NCBI GenBank assembly: GCA_963665235.2
Contig: CAXXLX010000001.1
Location: 2,752,001 to 2,816,000 of the forward strand
Reading direction: 5' to 3'
Length of the DNA stretch: 64,000 bases
DNA from: Candidatus Poribacteria bacterium
Lineage (GTDB): Bacteria; Poribacteria; WGA-4E; WGA-3G
The notes under the pieces were generated by a model. That model had not been told where the DNA came from, searched no databases, and saw only the letters and a list, made by a program, of their open reading frames with translations. Positions 47,465 through 57,473 of this stretch are shown here, in pieces. Each line of letters starts with the position of its first letter. Positions within the stretch are counted from its first letter, which is position 1. A program made the position numbers and the translations under genes.

Positions 47465-47722
47465 CTATGTATCCAACCCTTGTAAGAAGGTTTCGAAGTT
47501 AGGTGTTTTCATAGCAGTGCGCAGGAGTTGCTGTAGGCGTTCCATGTCGTGAATAGTTTGTAGTCGCTGTTTTGCGGCCTCGGTGTCACTATTCGGAAAT
47601 CGCTCTGTGAGTAGCAGCAGGATATTTTCGATGGTGTTCTCGCGCGCACCTTGTTCGATACCTTGTTCGATACCTTGTTCGAAGCCTCGTTCAAGTAGTT
47701 CTTCAGCCATTGTTCGTGCCAT
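47465..47722 (-). CDS. Stand-alone copy of the Rpn C-terminal small protein (RpnS-like)
   Basis: Nearly identical to 47766-48059, with its own GGAGGAGGT RBS and 3 rather than 6 EQG repeats. Confidence 0.75.
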   Translation of the reverse strand: MARTMAEELLERGFEQGIEQGIEQGARENTIENILLLLTERFPNSDTEAAKQRLQTIHDMERLQQLLRTAMKTPNFETFLQGLDT

Positions 47723-47765
47723 GGGGTCTACCTCCTCCACTCGGATTACCGATAGTCTTGTCTAT

Positions 47766-48881
47766 CTATGTATCCAACCCTTGTAAGAAGGTTTCGAAGT
47801 TAGGTGTTTTCATAGCAGTGCGCAGGAGTTGCTGTAGGCGTTCCATGTCGTAAATAGTTTGTAGTCGCTGTTTTGCGGCCTCGGTGTCACTATTCGGAAA
47901 TCGCTCTGTGAGTAGCAGCAGGATATTTTCGATGGTGTTCTCGCGCGCACCTTGTTCGATACCTTGTTCGATACCTTGTTCGATACCTTGTTCGATACCT
48001 TGTTCGATACCTTGTTCGAAGCCTCGTTCAAGTAGTTCTTCAGCCATTGTTCGTGCCATGGGGTCTACCTCCACATTGTTTGTATGTCTGTCTACTAACC
48101 TTATCAATTCTTCGTGTTCCTCTGGGGAGCGGCGATGCAGGATAAGATCAAGGATATAACCGATTGCCTCACGCTTCTGTGCTGACTGTGCCTCAGGCAG
48201 TGCACCAAAGTGAATTAACGCCTCGATGAGAGCGTCGCGTATTTCCGCAGAGTCCGCTTTCTCTTTCTGTAGCACTGTGAGAATCCATCCTAACGGATGC
48301 GCTGTCTTTGTGAGGGTTGCCGCCTCTGTTTCTTTGACGCTGAGAAACAACGTGTCAAATTGTGGAACGAAACGTTCAAGCTCTTTGGGAAGGTCCATGA
48401 TAGCTTGTAGTGTCAGCGGGGTGTTCCATCGCCGGTCGCCTGTATAAAAGACTATCGGCAGAATTGGAGACAATCGCTGTTTATTTTTGGGAACATTGTC
48501 CGTTTTCCATCCTCTGCGTTGTTGGTCCCATATCAGCATCATGTAAAGCAGGAGGCGAAATCCCATCTCATCATCCACTGTCGATTGATGTTCAAGTAGG
48601 ATATAGATGAGTAGTTCGTCCGAATGCTCCTCTGTTTTAAAAGGTGCACGGAACAGCACGTCCGCTTCCCGTTCCTGTAGGATTTCAGAAATCAAATCAG
48701 GGTTGAGCGGGACGAGTTTGTTAAAATCTATAAGTTGCGCGAGGTCGTTAGCGATGATTTCTATCAGCCCGCGTATATTTTCCTTGTTTTGAAACAGGTG
48801 TCGGATACTCCTGTCAGGAAAGCGTCCGAGCTGTCTATTAAGAAAATCGCGGACCTTCTTCTCTTTTGTTTCTACTGTCAT
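47766..48881 (-). CDS. Rpn family recombination-promoting nuclease/putative transposase (PD-(D/E)XK, YhgA-like)
   Basis: 'EREADVLF', 'IYILLEHQS..D..M.FRLL.Y', 'PILPIVFYTG...W', then 'MAEELLERG.EQG' repeats. Confidence 0.9.
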   Translation of the reverse strand: MTVETKEKKVRDFLNRQLGRFPDRSIRHLFQNKENIRGLIEIIANDLAQLIDFNKLVPLNPDLISEILQEREADVLFRAPFKTEEHSDELLIYILLEHQSTVDDEMGFRLLLYMMLIWDQQRRGWKTDNVPKNKQRLSPILPIVFYTGDRRWNTPLTLQAIMDLPKELERFVPQFDTLFLSVKETEAATLTKTAHPLGWILTVLQKEKADSAEIRDALIEALIHFGALPEAQSAQKREAIGYILDLILHRRSPEEHEELIRLVDRHTNNVEVDPMARTMAEELLERGFEQGIEQGIEQGIEQGIEQGIEQGARENTIENILLLLTERFPNSDTEAAKQRLQTIYDMERLQQLLRTAMKTPNFETFLQGLDT

Positions 48882-49059
48882 GTCCTCCTCGATTCTGGGG
48901 GTACAGGATATGGTCTTCTCTGACCGGGGTCACCCATTATATTGAGTGTTTGTGAATTACCAAATTATTTGAAACTCTATAAGCAAACTGGGTAACGCTA
49001 CGTCACAAAAACGCGTTGGCGTTTGATGTTCCGTTTTGACTCTTCACCCATTTTTTTTA

Positions 49060-50628
49060 TTATACCCTATTTTCCAAAATCTTTGCAACATTCTCTGCAA
49101 TCCGCTCCTCTAACTGACGTGCCTCAGCGTTCAGATTCTCCAATTCTTCATTGAGTTTTCCGAATTGTTCTGTGAAGTCAAAATCGTCCGCGGTTTGCGT
49201 AGCGACACCGACATAACGTCCAGGGTTTAGGCTCCAACCTTGTGCTTCAATATCGGCAACGGCCGCCATTTTGCAAAGCCCGGGAACATCAATATATTCT
49301 GCATCGGGGAACTTTGTAGCGAGAAAATCCGAGCTGTCGTGTCGGTTTTCAGGAGATTCAGCTCGGTAGAGCCTAACAATATTGGCGAGGAATTCCAGCT
49401 GAAGCGGGGTGAATTGCCGATGCGCTCGGCTCACTTGTTGATAAAGGTGTCGGGCATCAATGAACAACACTTTATCGGCTCTTTCCGTATCCCGTTTAGC
49501 TTTGTCGAAAAACCAGAGGGTACACGGTAAAGTAACAGTATAGAAGAAATTTGAGGCTATGCTAACAATAACATCCACCGCGCCGGTCTCAATAAGCTGC
49601 TTACGAATTTGTAGTTCAGAGGCGCGTGCATCCGCAGCAGAGTTCGCCATGACAAACCCCGCGCGACCTGTCTCCAAAAGCGAACTATAAAAGAGTTGTA
49701 TCCAGAGGTAATTGGCGTTATCTACGCGAGGCATGCCGAACGGAAATCGCGGGTCATCTTTGAGCCGTTCCCTATCTACACGGTCCACATTGAAGGGTGG
49801 ATTTGCCATGACAAAGTCGAACCTCCCTAGACAGTTATGCGGGTCTTCGTAGTAGCTATTCGCCTGCTTTATATCCCCCTCCAGACCGTGTACCGCGAGG
49901 TTCATTTTACATAATCTGATAGTCTCCGCGACGCGTTCCACGCCGTAGATGCTAATGTTGTCACCCTGTTTTCCGTTTTGCTGGTGGTTACGAATGAATT
50001 CTGCACTTTGGACAAACATGCCGCCAGAGCCGCATGCAGGGTCAAGGATACGTCCATGAAAGGGTTGTAGAATTTCAACGATCAGTTTAACGAGTGAGGT
50101 TGGCGTGAAAAACTCACCCCCCCGTTGTCCTTCACTCATAGCAAAGTTGCCGAGGAAGTACTCATAGACCTTTCCGAAGGCATCCCCTTCAATATCCATC
50201 GGAATCTGTTGCATGATGCGGAGGAGTTCAAAGAGGGTACGTTTTTCGAGTTGATTGTAATTTTTGGGCAGCACCCCTTGAACCTGACTGTTTTCAGCTT
50301 CGATTGCGCGCATTGCGGCAGTGATAGCTTGCCCAATGTTCGCACTTTCCGGCAAATTGAGGAGATGCTGAAATCGCGCTTCCTCTGGTAGGTAAAAGAT
50401 ACCGCGTGCTTGGTATTGTATCTTTTTATCTGTTCGCCGTCGCGTGTTAGGGGACGATTCGCGTTCAAATTCGCGTTCCGCCTCTGTAAATTTATGGTCG
50501 GCGTATTTCAAGAAGATGAGCCCGAGTACCGGTGTTGAGTACTCCGATGCTTTAAGCTTTGAATTAGCTCTGAGTTCATCAGCAGCGTGCCACAGTTTGT
50601 TTTCTATGTCGGTTAGGTTTGTGTTCAT
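49060..50628 (-). CDS. hsdM: Type I RM DNA methyltransferase subunit M
   Basis: '[11 protein letters not shown]', 'LGLIFLKY', 'GEFFTP', '[10 protein letters not shown]', 'MANPPFN', 'WSLNPGRYV'. Confidence 0.97.
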   Translation of the reverse strand: MNTNLTDIENKLWHAADELRANSKLKASEYSTPVLGLIFLKYADHKFTEAEREFERESSPNTRRRTDKKIQYQARGIFYLPEEARFQHLLNLPESANIGQAITAAMRAIEAENSQVQGVLPKNYNQLEKRTLFELLRIMQQIPMDIEGDAFGKVYEYFLGNFAMSEGQRGGEFFTPTSLVKLIVEILQPFHGRILDPACGSGGMFVQSAEFIRNHQQNGKQGDNISIYGVERVAETIRLCKMNLAVHGLEGDIKQANSYYEDPHNCLGRFDFVMANPPFNVDRVDRERLKDDPRFPFGMPRVDNANYLWIQLFYSSLLETGRAGFVMANSAADARASELQIRKQLIETGAVDVIVSIASNFFYTVTLPCTLWFFDKAKRDTERADKVLFIDARHLYQQVSRAHRQFTPLQLEFLANIVRLYRAESPENRHDSSDFLATKFPDAEYIDVPGLCKMAAVADIEAQGWSLNPGRYVGVATQTADDFDFTEQFGKLNEELENLNAEARQLEERIAENVAKILENRV

Positions 50629-50657
50629 AATGTTCACTAAATTAGGAGGCAAAAGGA

Positions 50658-51116
50658 TTACCGGACAGAATCAACTCTCAACATAGAGTCGGGTCCTCTG
50701 ATACCATTTTGTGCCAATGTCCGCCGATATTTACCCCTTTTCACGTTTGATCCAGTTTTCCCACTGGAAATCCAGTGATAAGTACTGTGATGTTTTAAAT
50801 CTTCAAGAGGTTTTGCTACGTTTTTGCGCCACTGTTTTAGCCACTTTAATTTCGCGATGATGTTTTTTACTTCGCCAGCGCTTCCGGCGGGATGGATTTC
50901 GATATAGTAAACCCTATCTTTATAACCGAATACATAATCCCAACGGGGGTCATTCGGATAACGCTCGGCGACGCAGGCGTCGATATCGACACTGCCTTTT
51001 AATTCAGGAGTCTCAGGGACTTCTATCTTTCTACTATTTCTTTTTAATGCCTGTAACCCATGTCTGAGACACTCAGCAATTTCATGCGTATTCTGAACAG
51101 CATCTGTAAAACTCAC
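50658..51116 (-). CDS. Hypothetical protein, possible restriction-endonuclease-like fold
   Basis: 'PRWDYVFGY....YYIEIHP' resembles a (P)D...ExK variant. GTGA overlap with the upstream ATPase. Confidence 0.55.
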   Translation of the reverse strand: MSFTDAVQNTHEIAECLRHGLQALKRNSRKIEVPETPELKGSVDIDACVAERYPNDPRWDYVFGYKDRVYYIEIHPAGSAGEVKNIIAKLKWLKQWRKNVAKPLEDLKHHSTYHWISSGKTGSNVKRGKYRRTLAQNGIRGPDSMLRVDSVR

Positions 51117-52270
51117 GAATCACTCTCCCATACCGCTTTTGTGACAACATCCGCTGCCTTCGTGCTAAAGTGTGTGAGACCGCCCCAATCCGATATGGCT
51201 TCATCGGAATCTTCCGGATCCAAAGTTGAAATGTCTTTGACATTCACAACACTATCTTGCCGAGAGAAGTAATAGGTTTTGAATGTCTTTTCGGATAGGA
51301 CTGTTTTCACGAGCTTATTAGAAAAAGCATTGGGTTCCAAATCCAACAATTGCCTTAACCGTTTTGGTGCTTCTTTTGATTTCGCAATGAGCGGGATTGC
51401 CCATACCAATTCCAGCATTTGTGCCGAGTGTGTAGAAATAATGACTTTATAGTCTCGCCGCAAAAGTTCCATGAAAATTAGGAGGAGGGTTGAGATTGCT
51501 TTCGGATGTAGTCCCATTTCCGGTTCTTCAATAACAACCCAGTTTATACTGTTTCTCTTTTGTGCTCTCTTTGAAGGCATTAATCGATACAGTCCGAGTA
51601 AGAGCGGTGTGAATTCTCTTTGTCCGGTTGACCAGGTCATGAACGGCAATTGACTGCCCGCAACATCTAAAACGACGCGTTTACGCAATGTAGTTTTATC
51701 CAGTTTGACTTCGGCACCGCCAAAGACGTTTTCCCCGAGCGCGTCCCGGAGTGTCTTATTCATGCGACCTTCCTGCGGAAAAATAGCCCCTTTACTTGTG
51801 CCTAACCCAGCTTCCATAAGTAGACGCAACTTCTCGCTGAACTCTTTAACAACGTATGGGTCGCTACTTGTATAGTCTGTAAAAGCGCGAGGCCAGCCAT
51901 CTTTGAGCGTTATCACCCGGTGTGCGGGAATTAGAAAGAGGGATTCCGCTCTTTTCCTCCCTCTTTTGGACAGTGCTTCTGATAGTGTGAAATCTTGTTC
52001 ATCAGCGATAATTTTTATTCCGGTGGGTTTCCAAATCCCTTGCATTCCCTCACCGAAGTAGAGCGACAAAAAATTTTCGCTATTTCCGTGCCACTCGTAC
52101 CCGTGTTTTTTGAGGGTTTGGGTAATATCGCCGGTATCCAAAATTAATTTCACAAGCTGGAGCAGGATGCTTTTCCCACTCGCTTGTTCACCGACGAAGA
52201 TAGTCATATCGCCGAAGGTAATATCAGCTTCGCGGATTTGTCCGAGTGAACTTAATGTAAGCCGTTTCAT
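51113..52270 (-). CDS. ABC-type AAA ATPase (AAA_15/AAA_21)
   Basis: 'FVGEQASGKS', 'WSTGQRE', 'VIEEPEMGLHP', 'ISTHS'. Confidence 0.9.
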   Translation of the reverse strand: MKRLTLSSLGQIREADITFGDMTIFVGEQASGKSILLQLVKLILDTGDITQTLKKHGYEWHGNSENFLSLYFGEGMQGIWKPTGIKIIADEQDFTLSEALSKRGRKRAESLFLIPAHRVITLKDGWPRAFTDYTSSDPYVVKEFSEKLRLLMEAGLGTSKGAIFPQEGRMNKTLRDALGENVFGGAEVKLDKTTLRKRVVLDVAGSQLPFMTWSTGQREFTPLLLGLYRLMPSKRAQKRNSINWVVIEEPEMGLHPKAISTLLLIFMELLRRDYKVIISTHSAQMLELVWAIPLIAKSKEAPKRLRQLLDLEPNAFSNKLVKTVLSEKTFKTYYFSRQDSVVNVKDISTLDPEDSDEAISDWGGLTHFSTKAADVVTKAVWESDS

Positions 52271-52334
52271 TGAATAGCCCTCAGGGTTATTTAGTTATCC
52301 ACATTTTTCGCAGGTTGTTCAACAAACCTCTTCT

Positions 52335-52401
52335 AGTATTCGACCAAGCAGCCCGCTCCTGAGGAACGAGCTGTGCTAGCGATATTAAGGAGTGGGCTGC
52401 T
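52335..52401. repeat. Long inverted repeat related to the insert in the MITE-B copy at 21779-21812
   Basis: TATTCGACCAAGCAGCCCGCTCCT...AGGAGTGGGCTGCTTGCCCGAATA. One arm matches TAGTCCCAGTATTCGGGCAAGCAGCCCGCTC at ~21779. Confidence 0.65.
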
Positions 52402-52434
52402 TGCCCGAATATTGGGACTAATGGGTTTACTATT

Positions 52435-53991
52435 TTACGCGTAGATATTCTGCATCTGCCACGCATCCAGCGATTTCAGTTCAGAGGGTTGCCCCTGCGA
52501 ACGTAGCGAAACCCCAACGCTGTCCTCCCTGTCAGGATAGACCCGCATTGCCACACACTGTTTTCCATTAGCGAACACCTCCACCACACTCTTATCAACG
52601 AATACCCGTAGTTTGAGCGTTTCGTCTGATGCGATGGAGACAGTGCCGGTTTCGGGAGCACGTGAACGCACATCAGGTGCAATTGATGAATACGAGGAAT
52701 CAATCGTTAGCAGACTGTTCCGGACGTTCGTGCTGGCGTTTAGGTTGCGCATACCGCGTTCTTTGAAGAAGGCAATCCGTGTGAATTCCTCTTTTTGCGG
52801 GGAACGGAGGACATTCAACTCAACCATAGGCGCACCTTTAACCTCTATTTCCAATTCCAGTTCCATAGCGTTGCCTGCGATGCCCTCTAGGACAACCTCC
52901 TCGTTTGCAGGAAGCGTCATTGCATTGACGTGCTGATGGTCATACCGCAACGATTCAATATCGCCAGCCGGTTCAACGCCTATTTCGTCTCTTGAGAGCA
53001 ACGTCAGACGGCGCGGCAACGTCATAATCTGGTTCCACCCTTTAGTGGGTTTCGCTGGATTCATGTTGTAGATAACGATGAGCCCGCCGTTGCCATCCGG
53101 TGTAGCGGAGGGTGCATGGACACCAGCGGGGGCTGCTGCGCCGAAGTTATTTTTCTCCCCTGCTGTCACGACGAACTTATCGCGTGCAGTGTCATAATCG
53201 CCGAGCAGATATTGTCCACCGCTCATGTGACTGAAAAATAGCAGGATGTGCCGGTCACCGATGGGCCAAAAATAGGGACACGCGCCATCATCACCTACCA
53301 ATGTATACTGATCATTTTCGACGAACGGGTGTAGATAAACCCAATTTGCCAAATCTGCTGAACGGAGCAGAAAGTTGGCACGCACCGGTTTACCCCCCGG
53401 ACCGTGCGGAAGTGTACCACCCGATAGCGAATAATACATATCACCCTTTTTCCAGATACACGGGTCGAAAACGCGATAGACAGGCGTTGTACCATCTGCG
53501 TGCCTTGAGGGTATTACCGCCTTGCCGGACACCTTCTCCCAGTTTAAAAGAAGCGGGTCGCTTGACACGGCCACCATGTTGCCGACAACTGTGCCGTGAT
53601 ACATGGCAATCACGCGGTCCTCTTCGACAAAGGTTGACCCGGAGAAACAGCAACGTTCCGGGTTCGGATAAATTGCATAAGGGAGGTCACGCCAGTGGAT
53701 GAGGTCGTCACTAACTGCGTGTCCCCAGTGCTGACGTGTATCTTCTGGTGGATATGCTTGATAGAAGAGATGCCACCGGCCCTGCCAGAAGCAGAGGCCA
53801 TTCGGATCATTGAGCATCGCTTCTGGGTTGATGTAGTGATAGATGGGCCGATGCGGGTCGCCTTCGTAAGTCTTCCGATAAGCGTTTAACCGTTCCATCA
53901 AAGGGTTCGTTTTTAACTGTTCTTCCTGTTCTTCCAACGTTTCCGCGAAGGTATAATGCGGAACTTTTGAGGTGAAGTCTTCGTTAGCCAT
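52435..53991 (-). CDS. Glycoside hydrolase family 32 (beta-fructofuranosidase-like)
   Basis: 'LNDPNG', 'WHLFYQ', 'WGHAVS.DLIHW', 'FSGS', 'FDP' and a C-terminal beta-sandwich 'LRVFVDKSVVEVF'. Confidence 0.9.
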   Translation of the reverse strand: MANEDFTSKVPHYTFAETLEEQEEQLKTNPLMERLNAYRKTYEGDPHRPIYHYINPEAMLNDPNGLCFWQGRWHLFYQAYPPEDTRQHWGHAVSDDLIHWRDLPYAIYPNPERCCFSGSTFVEEDRVIAMYHGTVVGNMVAVSSDPLLLNWEKVSGKAVIPSRHADGTTPVYRVFDPCIWKKGDMYYSLSGGTLPHGPGGKPVRANFLLRSADLANWVYLHPFVENDQYTLVGDDGACPYFWPIGDRHILLFFSHMSGGQYLLGDYDTARDKFVVTAGEKNNFGAAAPAGVHAPSATPDGNGGLIVIYNMNPAKPTKGWNQIMTLPRRLTLLSRDEIGVEPAGDIESLRYDHQHVNAMTLPANEEVVLEGIAGNAMELELEIEVKGAPMVELNVLRSPQKEEFTRIAFFKERGMRNLNASTNVRNSLLTIDSSYSSIAPDVRSRAPETGTVSIASDETLKLRVFVDKSVVEVFANGKQCVAMRVYPDREDSVGVSLRSQGQPSELKSLDAWQMQNIYA

Positions 53992-54115
53992 AATTTCTCC
54001 TCTGCACAATGTTTATGAGATAATAATCTTTAGCATATCATACTATACGTTGTATGTCCAGAAAAAATTATGGTTTTTAGGAGAAATACTGATGAACAGC
54101 GGAGCTTAAAACAGC

Positions 54116-54643
54116 TCAGAATTGTGTGGGAAAATTGCCGCGTGCAGCATCCATCACTTCGCCAGTAATTTCAGTATGTCCGTTATCTTTCGCGAAACTT
54201 TCAATACCCATCTTTGCCATAGGACGGACAAAAGCGGGAATACGTTCTAAACGTTCCAGTGCCTCCGCTGTCCACGTGACTCCTTCAGGTACCGGCCCAG
54301 GTTTTTCCTCAAAAGCTTCGGAGATGACAGCAGTAAACGGACATTTGCCCCCCTCGGTGCTTTCACCTATAGCCGATTCGGCGGGCACCGTGCTAGGCAT
54401 CGGCGTAGTCTTAGCGGTCTCTAACTGTGAGCGCACCATTTGCATCGGTTGCGCCGTTTGATTGCTGCCCCCGAGTTGGAGGTCTAAGGATTTGAGCATC
54501 TGTGTTTCCCACGGATTGAGAAACATGGCAATTTCAGTGAAACAGTCGGGACATTCAAAAACAGCGGTGACGGAGCCCTGTTCAGGCCGGGTTACGTCTT
54601 TAAATTTCATCGCTGTGTCGCAATCTATGCATAAGAATTTCAT
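54116..54643 (-). CDS. PCP_red-domain protein with N-terminal CxxC/CxxC metal-binding module
   Basis: 'CIDC...CPDC', 'CPF', and 'WTAEALERLERIPAFVRPMAK..IE.FA...G..EIT'. Confidence 0.8.
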   Translation of the reverse strand: MKFLCIDCDTAMKFKDVTRPEQGSVTAVFECPDCFTEIAMFLNPWETQMLKSLDLQLGGSNQTAQPMQMVRSQLETAKTTPMPSTVPAESAIGESTEGGKCPFTAVISEAFEEKPGPVPEGVTWTAEALERLERIPAFVRPMAKMGIESFAKDNGHTEITGEVMDAARGNFPTQF

Positions 54644-54704
54644 GGTTTAATCTCCATATCTTTTAGGGATGAGAAGGAATAAGGGACGTTAGTCTTTCCT
54701 CTCG

Positions 54705-55586
54705 TCATGTTTTAAAGAAGTCTTGAATCTTTTTTGCTATCTCTATGATTACGTTGCTTGCGGGTGTATCCGGATATTCATGGACATAAGGGGTGCCGCT
54801 GTCACTACACCGTGAGAGTTTCGGGTCAAAAGGAATTTTGCCGAGCGTTGTCGATTGGAACGCAACCTCAGAGGGTTCCACAGCAGCAAATAGAGATTCC
54901 TGTTCACCGCAGTGCGCGCATACATGAAATGCCATGTTTTCAACGACCCCAATAATTGGAACGTTGAGAACGTCTCTCGCCATCGTCACCGATTTTTTGA
55001 CAATCAATTGCGACACTTCGGAGGGGATTGTCACCACGATAACCCCGCCGAGGTTTGGGATGAGCTCAACTACATTCGGAAGTCTATCTGTTCCGGGCGG
55101 TAGGTCAAGCAGGAGGAAATCAAGATTTTTCCAGTGGGTGTCGGCGATGAACTCGCGCAGCGCGCCTACCTCCATTGTGCTACGCCATGTGAAAGCATCC
55201 TTTTGCGTGTGCGCGTTCCATAGCACCGGTGCATCATCTTCTGCCAGCAGGAGGTCCATTGAGATAAGCTTCGTACCGAGGGCAGTAATAGCGGGTTCGA
55301 CCCCAGTGGACGTGTATTCTAGCGTGGCATTCCGAACCCCCATCATCTTGGCGAGCGTTGGTCCATTGATATCAGCGTCAACGACACCGACGGTACACCC
55401 TGCTAGCGTGAGAGCGGTTGCGAGGTTAGCGGTTATCGCGCTTTTTCCGACCCCGCCTTTCCCGCTCATAATCGCGACCGTATGTTTTACAGCGGCGAGG
55501 CGTTTCTGGAGACGATTCGCCTGCGCGGTGACCTGCCCAATAATATTTGATCCGGCATCATCCGGAAGCTCCTGATAACTTTTCAC
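54705..55586 (-). CDS. mrp: Mrp/NBP35 (ApbC) family Fe-S cluster carrier ATPase
   Basis: 'SGKGGVGKS', 'DADINGP', 'DLPPGTD', 'GVVENM...CAHC', 'LGKIPFDP'. Confidence 0.9.
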   Translation of the reverse strand: MKSYQELPDDAGSNIIGQVTAQANRLQKRLAAVKHTVAIMSGKGGVGKSAITANLATALTLAGCTVGVVDADINGPTLAKMMGVRNATLEYTSTGVEPAITALGTKLISMDLLLAEDDAPVLWNAHTQKDAFTWRSTMEVGALREFIADTHWKNLDFLLLDLPPGTDRLPNVVELIPNLGGVIVVTIPSEVSQLIVKKSVTMARDVLNVPIIGVVENMAFHVCAHCGEQESLFAAVEPSEVAFQSTTLGKIPFDPKLSRCSDSGTPYVHEYPDTPASNVIIEIAKKIQDFFKT

Positions 55587-56908
55587 TCTTTCTGACCGAT
55601 GGCGTATAAGGCATCGTAGCTACGCAGGTAAAGCGTGCCATTTGCAATAACAGGCGATGCAGCAACGGTTTCGTCAATTGAATTGGTTGCCACGATTCCA
55701 AATTCTCGGCCTGCTTTAACAACACTAACAACGCCGTTGCGCGCAGTTAAATAGATATAACCGTTGGCATAGATAGGTGAAGAGCGGTGCCGTTGTCGAT
55801 GTGTCCGCTTCCGATAGAGTTGTTCTCCTGTTTTAGCATCAAGGCAGATTAGGTCACCGTTTTCTCTGCACAGATAGACCAGTCCTTCGTGAATAAGTGG
55901 GGATGGAACATCAGGTGTACCTTGTGGAAGTTTCCAGATTTGCCATGGGGTGTTTGTAATATCACCTGTTCCGGAGGGGTCTAACCCCACAACGGGTCCA
56001 TTTTTTGCCGTAGGAACGACAATGAGCCCTTCTGTCGCTACCGGAGAAGCAACGAGTCGGAATGAGGGGTTATATCTATTCGGGGGATTCAAACCGCCAC
56101 ATCGCCAGATTTCGCTGCCATCTTCAAGGCTATGTGCCGTGACATAGTCCGCGCCATGCACGACAAGGAATTCACGTTCCGCATCCCGGTAAAGGATTGG
56201 GGAGGTATAGGCGTGTTCACATTCTCTCGTTGCATCGCTTTTACGGTCGTGTTTCCAAATTTCTTCACCTGTCATCTTGTCAAGTGCAAGGACTAACCAG
56301 GCGTTGCTATGGATAAGTTGAAGGTATAGTTTATCCTTGTAGAGCAGCGGTGTCATGGACATAATAAAGCCGAGTCTAAATTTACCGTAGCGTTCCTCCA
56401 GATTTGTGTGCCAGACCGGATTCCCTTCAAAATCGTAACAAGCGAGGTCACCGGTGCCTAAAAACGCCCAAACGTGCTTACCATCAGTTGTTGGAGAGGG
56501 TGCTGCAGAATTGACCTCATCGCCACGTGCGGAACGGTTGCCGCTTGCCACTGTGCGTTTCCATAGTTCCTCGCCTTCCGTGCTAATGCACATCAGAACA
56601 AGCGCCCTTTCTTCCGCGGATGTCAGAAAAATTCTATCATCCCACACAACCGGTGTAGATGCGCCTTCTCCCGGAAGTGGTAACCGCCATCGGACATTCT
56701 CGGTTTGGCTCCACTGGATTGGTACATCGGTTTCGGAACTGATACCGTCGTTGTTTGGGCCTCGCCACTGGTGCCAGTTTTTAGAGGCTTTGGTCATCGG
56801 AGCTGTATTTGTATCGGATAGATTTTGGGCACAGCTGCTTATAGAAAAAATAAGTGCTGCTATGCCCAGAATCATAGTTATCCCATTTTTAAAAACCCTG
56901 TTTTTCAT
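55583..56908 (-). CDS. PQQ-like beta-propeller lipoprotein
   Basis: Lipobox-like 'ISSC', 'WHQWRGP', 'STPVVWDDRIFLT', 'ASPVIANG.LYLR'. Confidence 0.85.
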   Translation of the reverse strand: MKNRVFKNGITMILGIAALIFSISSCAQNLSDTNTAPMTKASKNWHQWRGPNNDGISSETDVPIQWSQTENVRWRLPLPGEGASTPVVWDDRIFLTSAEERALVLMCISTEGEELWKRTVASGNRSARGDEVNSAAPSPTTDGKHVWAFLGTGDLACYDFEGNPVWHTNLEERYGKFRLGFIMSMTPLLYKDKLYLQLIHSNAWLVLALDKMTGEEIWKHDRKSDATRECEHAYTSPILYRDAEREFLVVHGADYVTAHSLEDGSEIWRCGGLNPPNRYNPSFRLVASPVATEGLIVVPTAKNGPVVGLDPSGTGDITNTPWQIWKLPQGTPDVPSPLIHEGLVYLCRENGDLICLDAKTGEQLYRKRTHRQRHRSSPIYANGYIYLTARNGVVSVVKAGREFGIVATNSIDETVAASPVIANGTLYLRSYDALYAIGQKE

Positions 56909-57011
56909 GCTGTCCCTCCGTTTCGGTTAACCGTGTTGAGATTTCGCTGTTGTGTCATGTAAATTTCGTGCTTTTGTATGAAGTATGAGACAAGTTTCCG
57001 TATTGTCAAAT

Positions 57012-57440
57012 TCAACGCTTTTCGTCTGTCCATAAACCTCGAGCTGGACCGTTCAACTGGTAGGGGGTTATTTTTGATAAAGTGCCTACCCTATATTCAG
57101 GGAACTTATATCCTATCTCTATAACGTAGCCTTCGTTTGTAAAAATCGGCAATGCAAGTTTAGCAAGAGAAGCGACGGGTTCGATTTCCAGCTGTACGTC
57201 ATCTGCTCCGACCACTGTTTTGTAAAAAAAGTCCGCGGAGTGGCTTTCATGTTTTAGAATCATGATTGCGCCGGCGTGTTTAACCTCTCCGTTAGCCGTG
57301 CATACTTTCAAAGCTACTACTAAATCGTCCGTTGGCGTTGGCTCTGATTTTAATTTAAACCATAAACCGTGATGTGAACCCTCCGCAACACCCTCATTTG
57401 GACCGAGAATCTGGAAAGTAATTGTCGGGATTTCTGCCAT
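57012..57440 (-). CDS. Hypothetical protein
   Basis: 142-aa ORF with AAGGAG RBS. A fragment of it recurs at ~58190-58241. Confidence 0.55.
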   Translation of the reverse strand: MAEIPTITFQILGPNEGVAEGSHHGLWFKLKSEPTPTDDLVVALKVCTANGEVKHAGAIMILKHESHSADFFYKTVVGADDVQLEIEPVASLAKLALPIFTNEGYVIEIGYKFPEYRVGTLSKITPYQLNGPARGLWTDEKR

Positions 57441-57473
57441 AATCTCTCCTTCAAAAGTGAAATGCCGTTGGCC

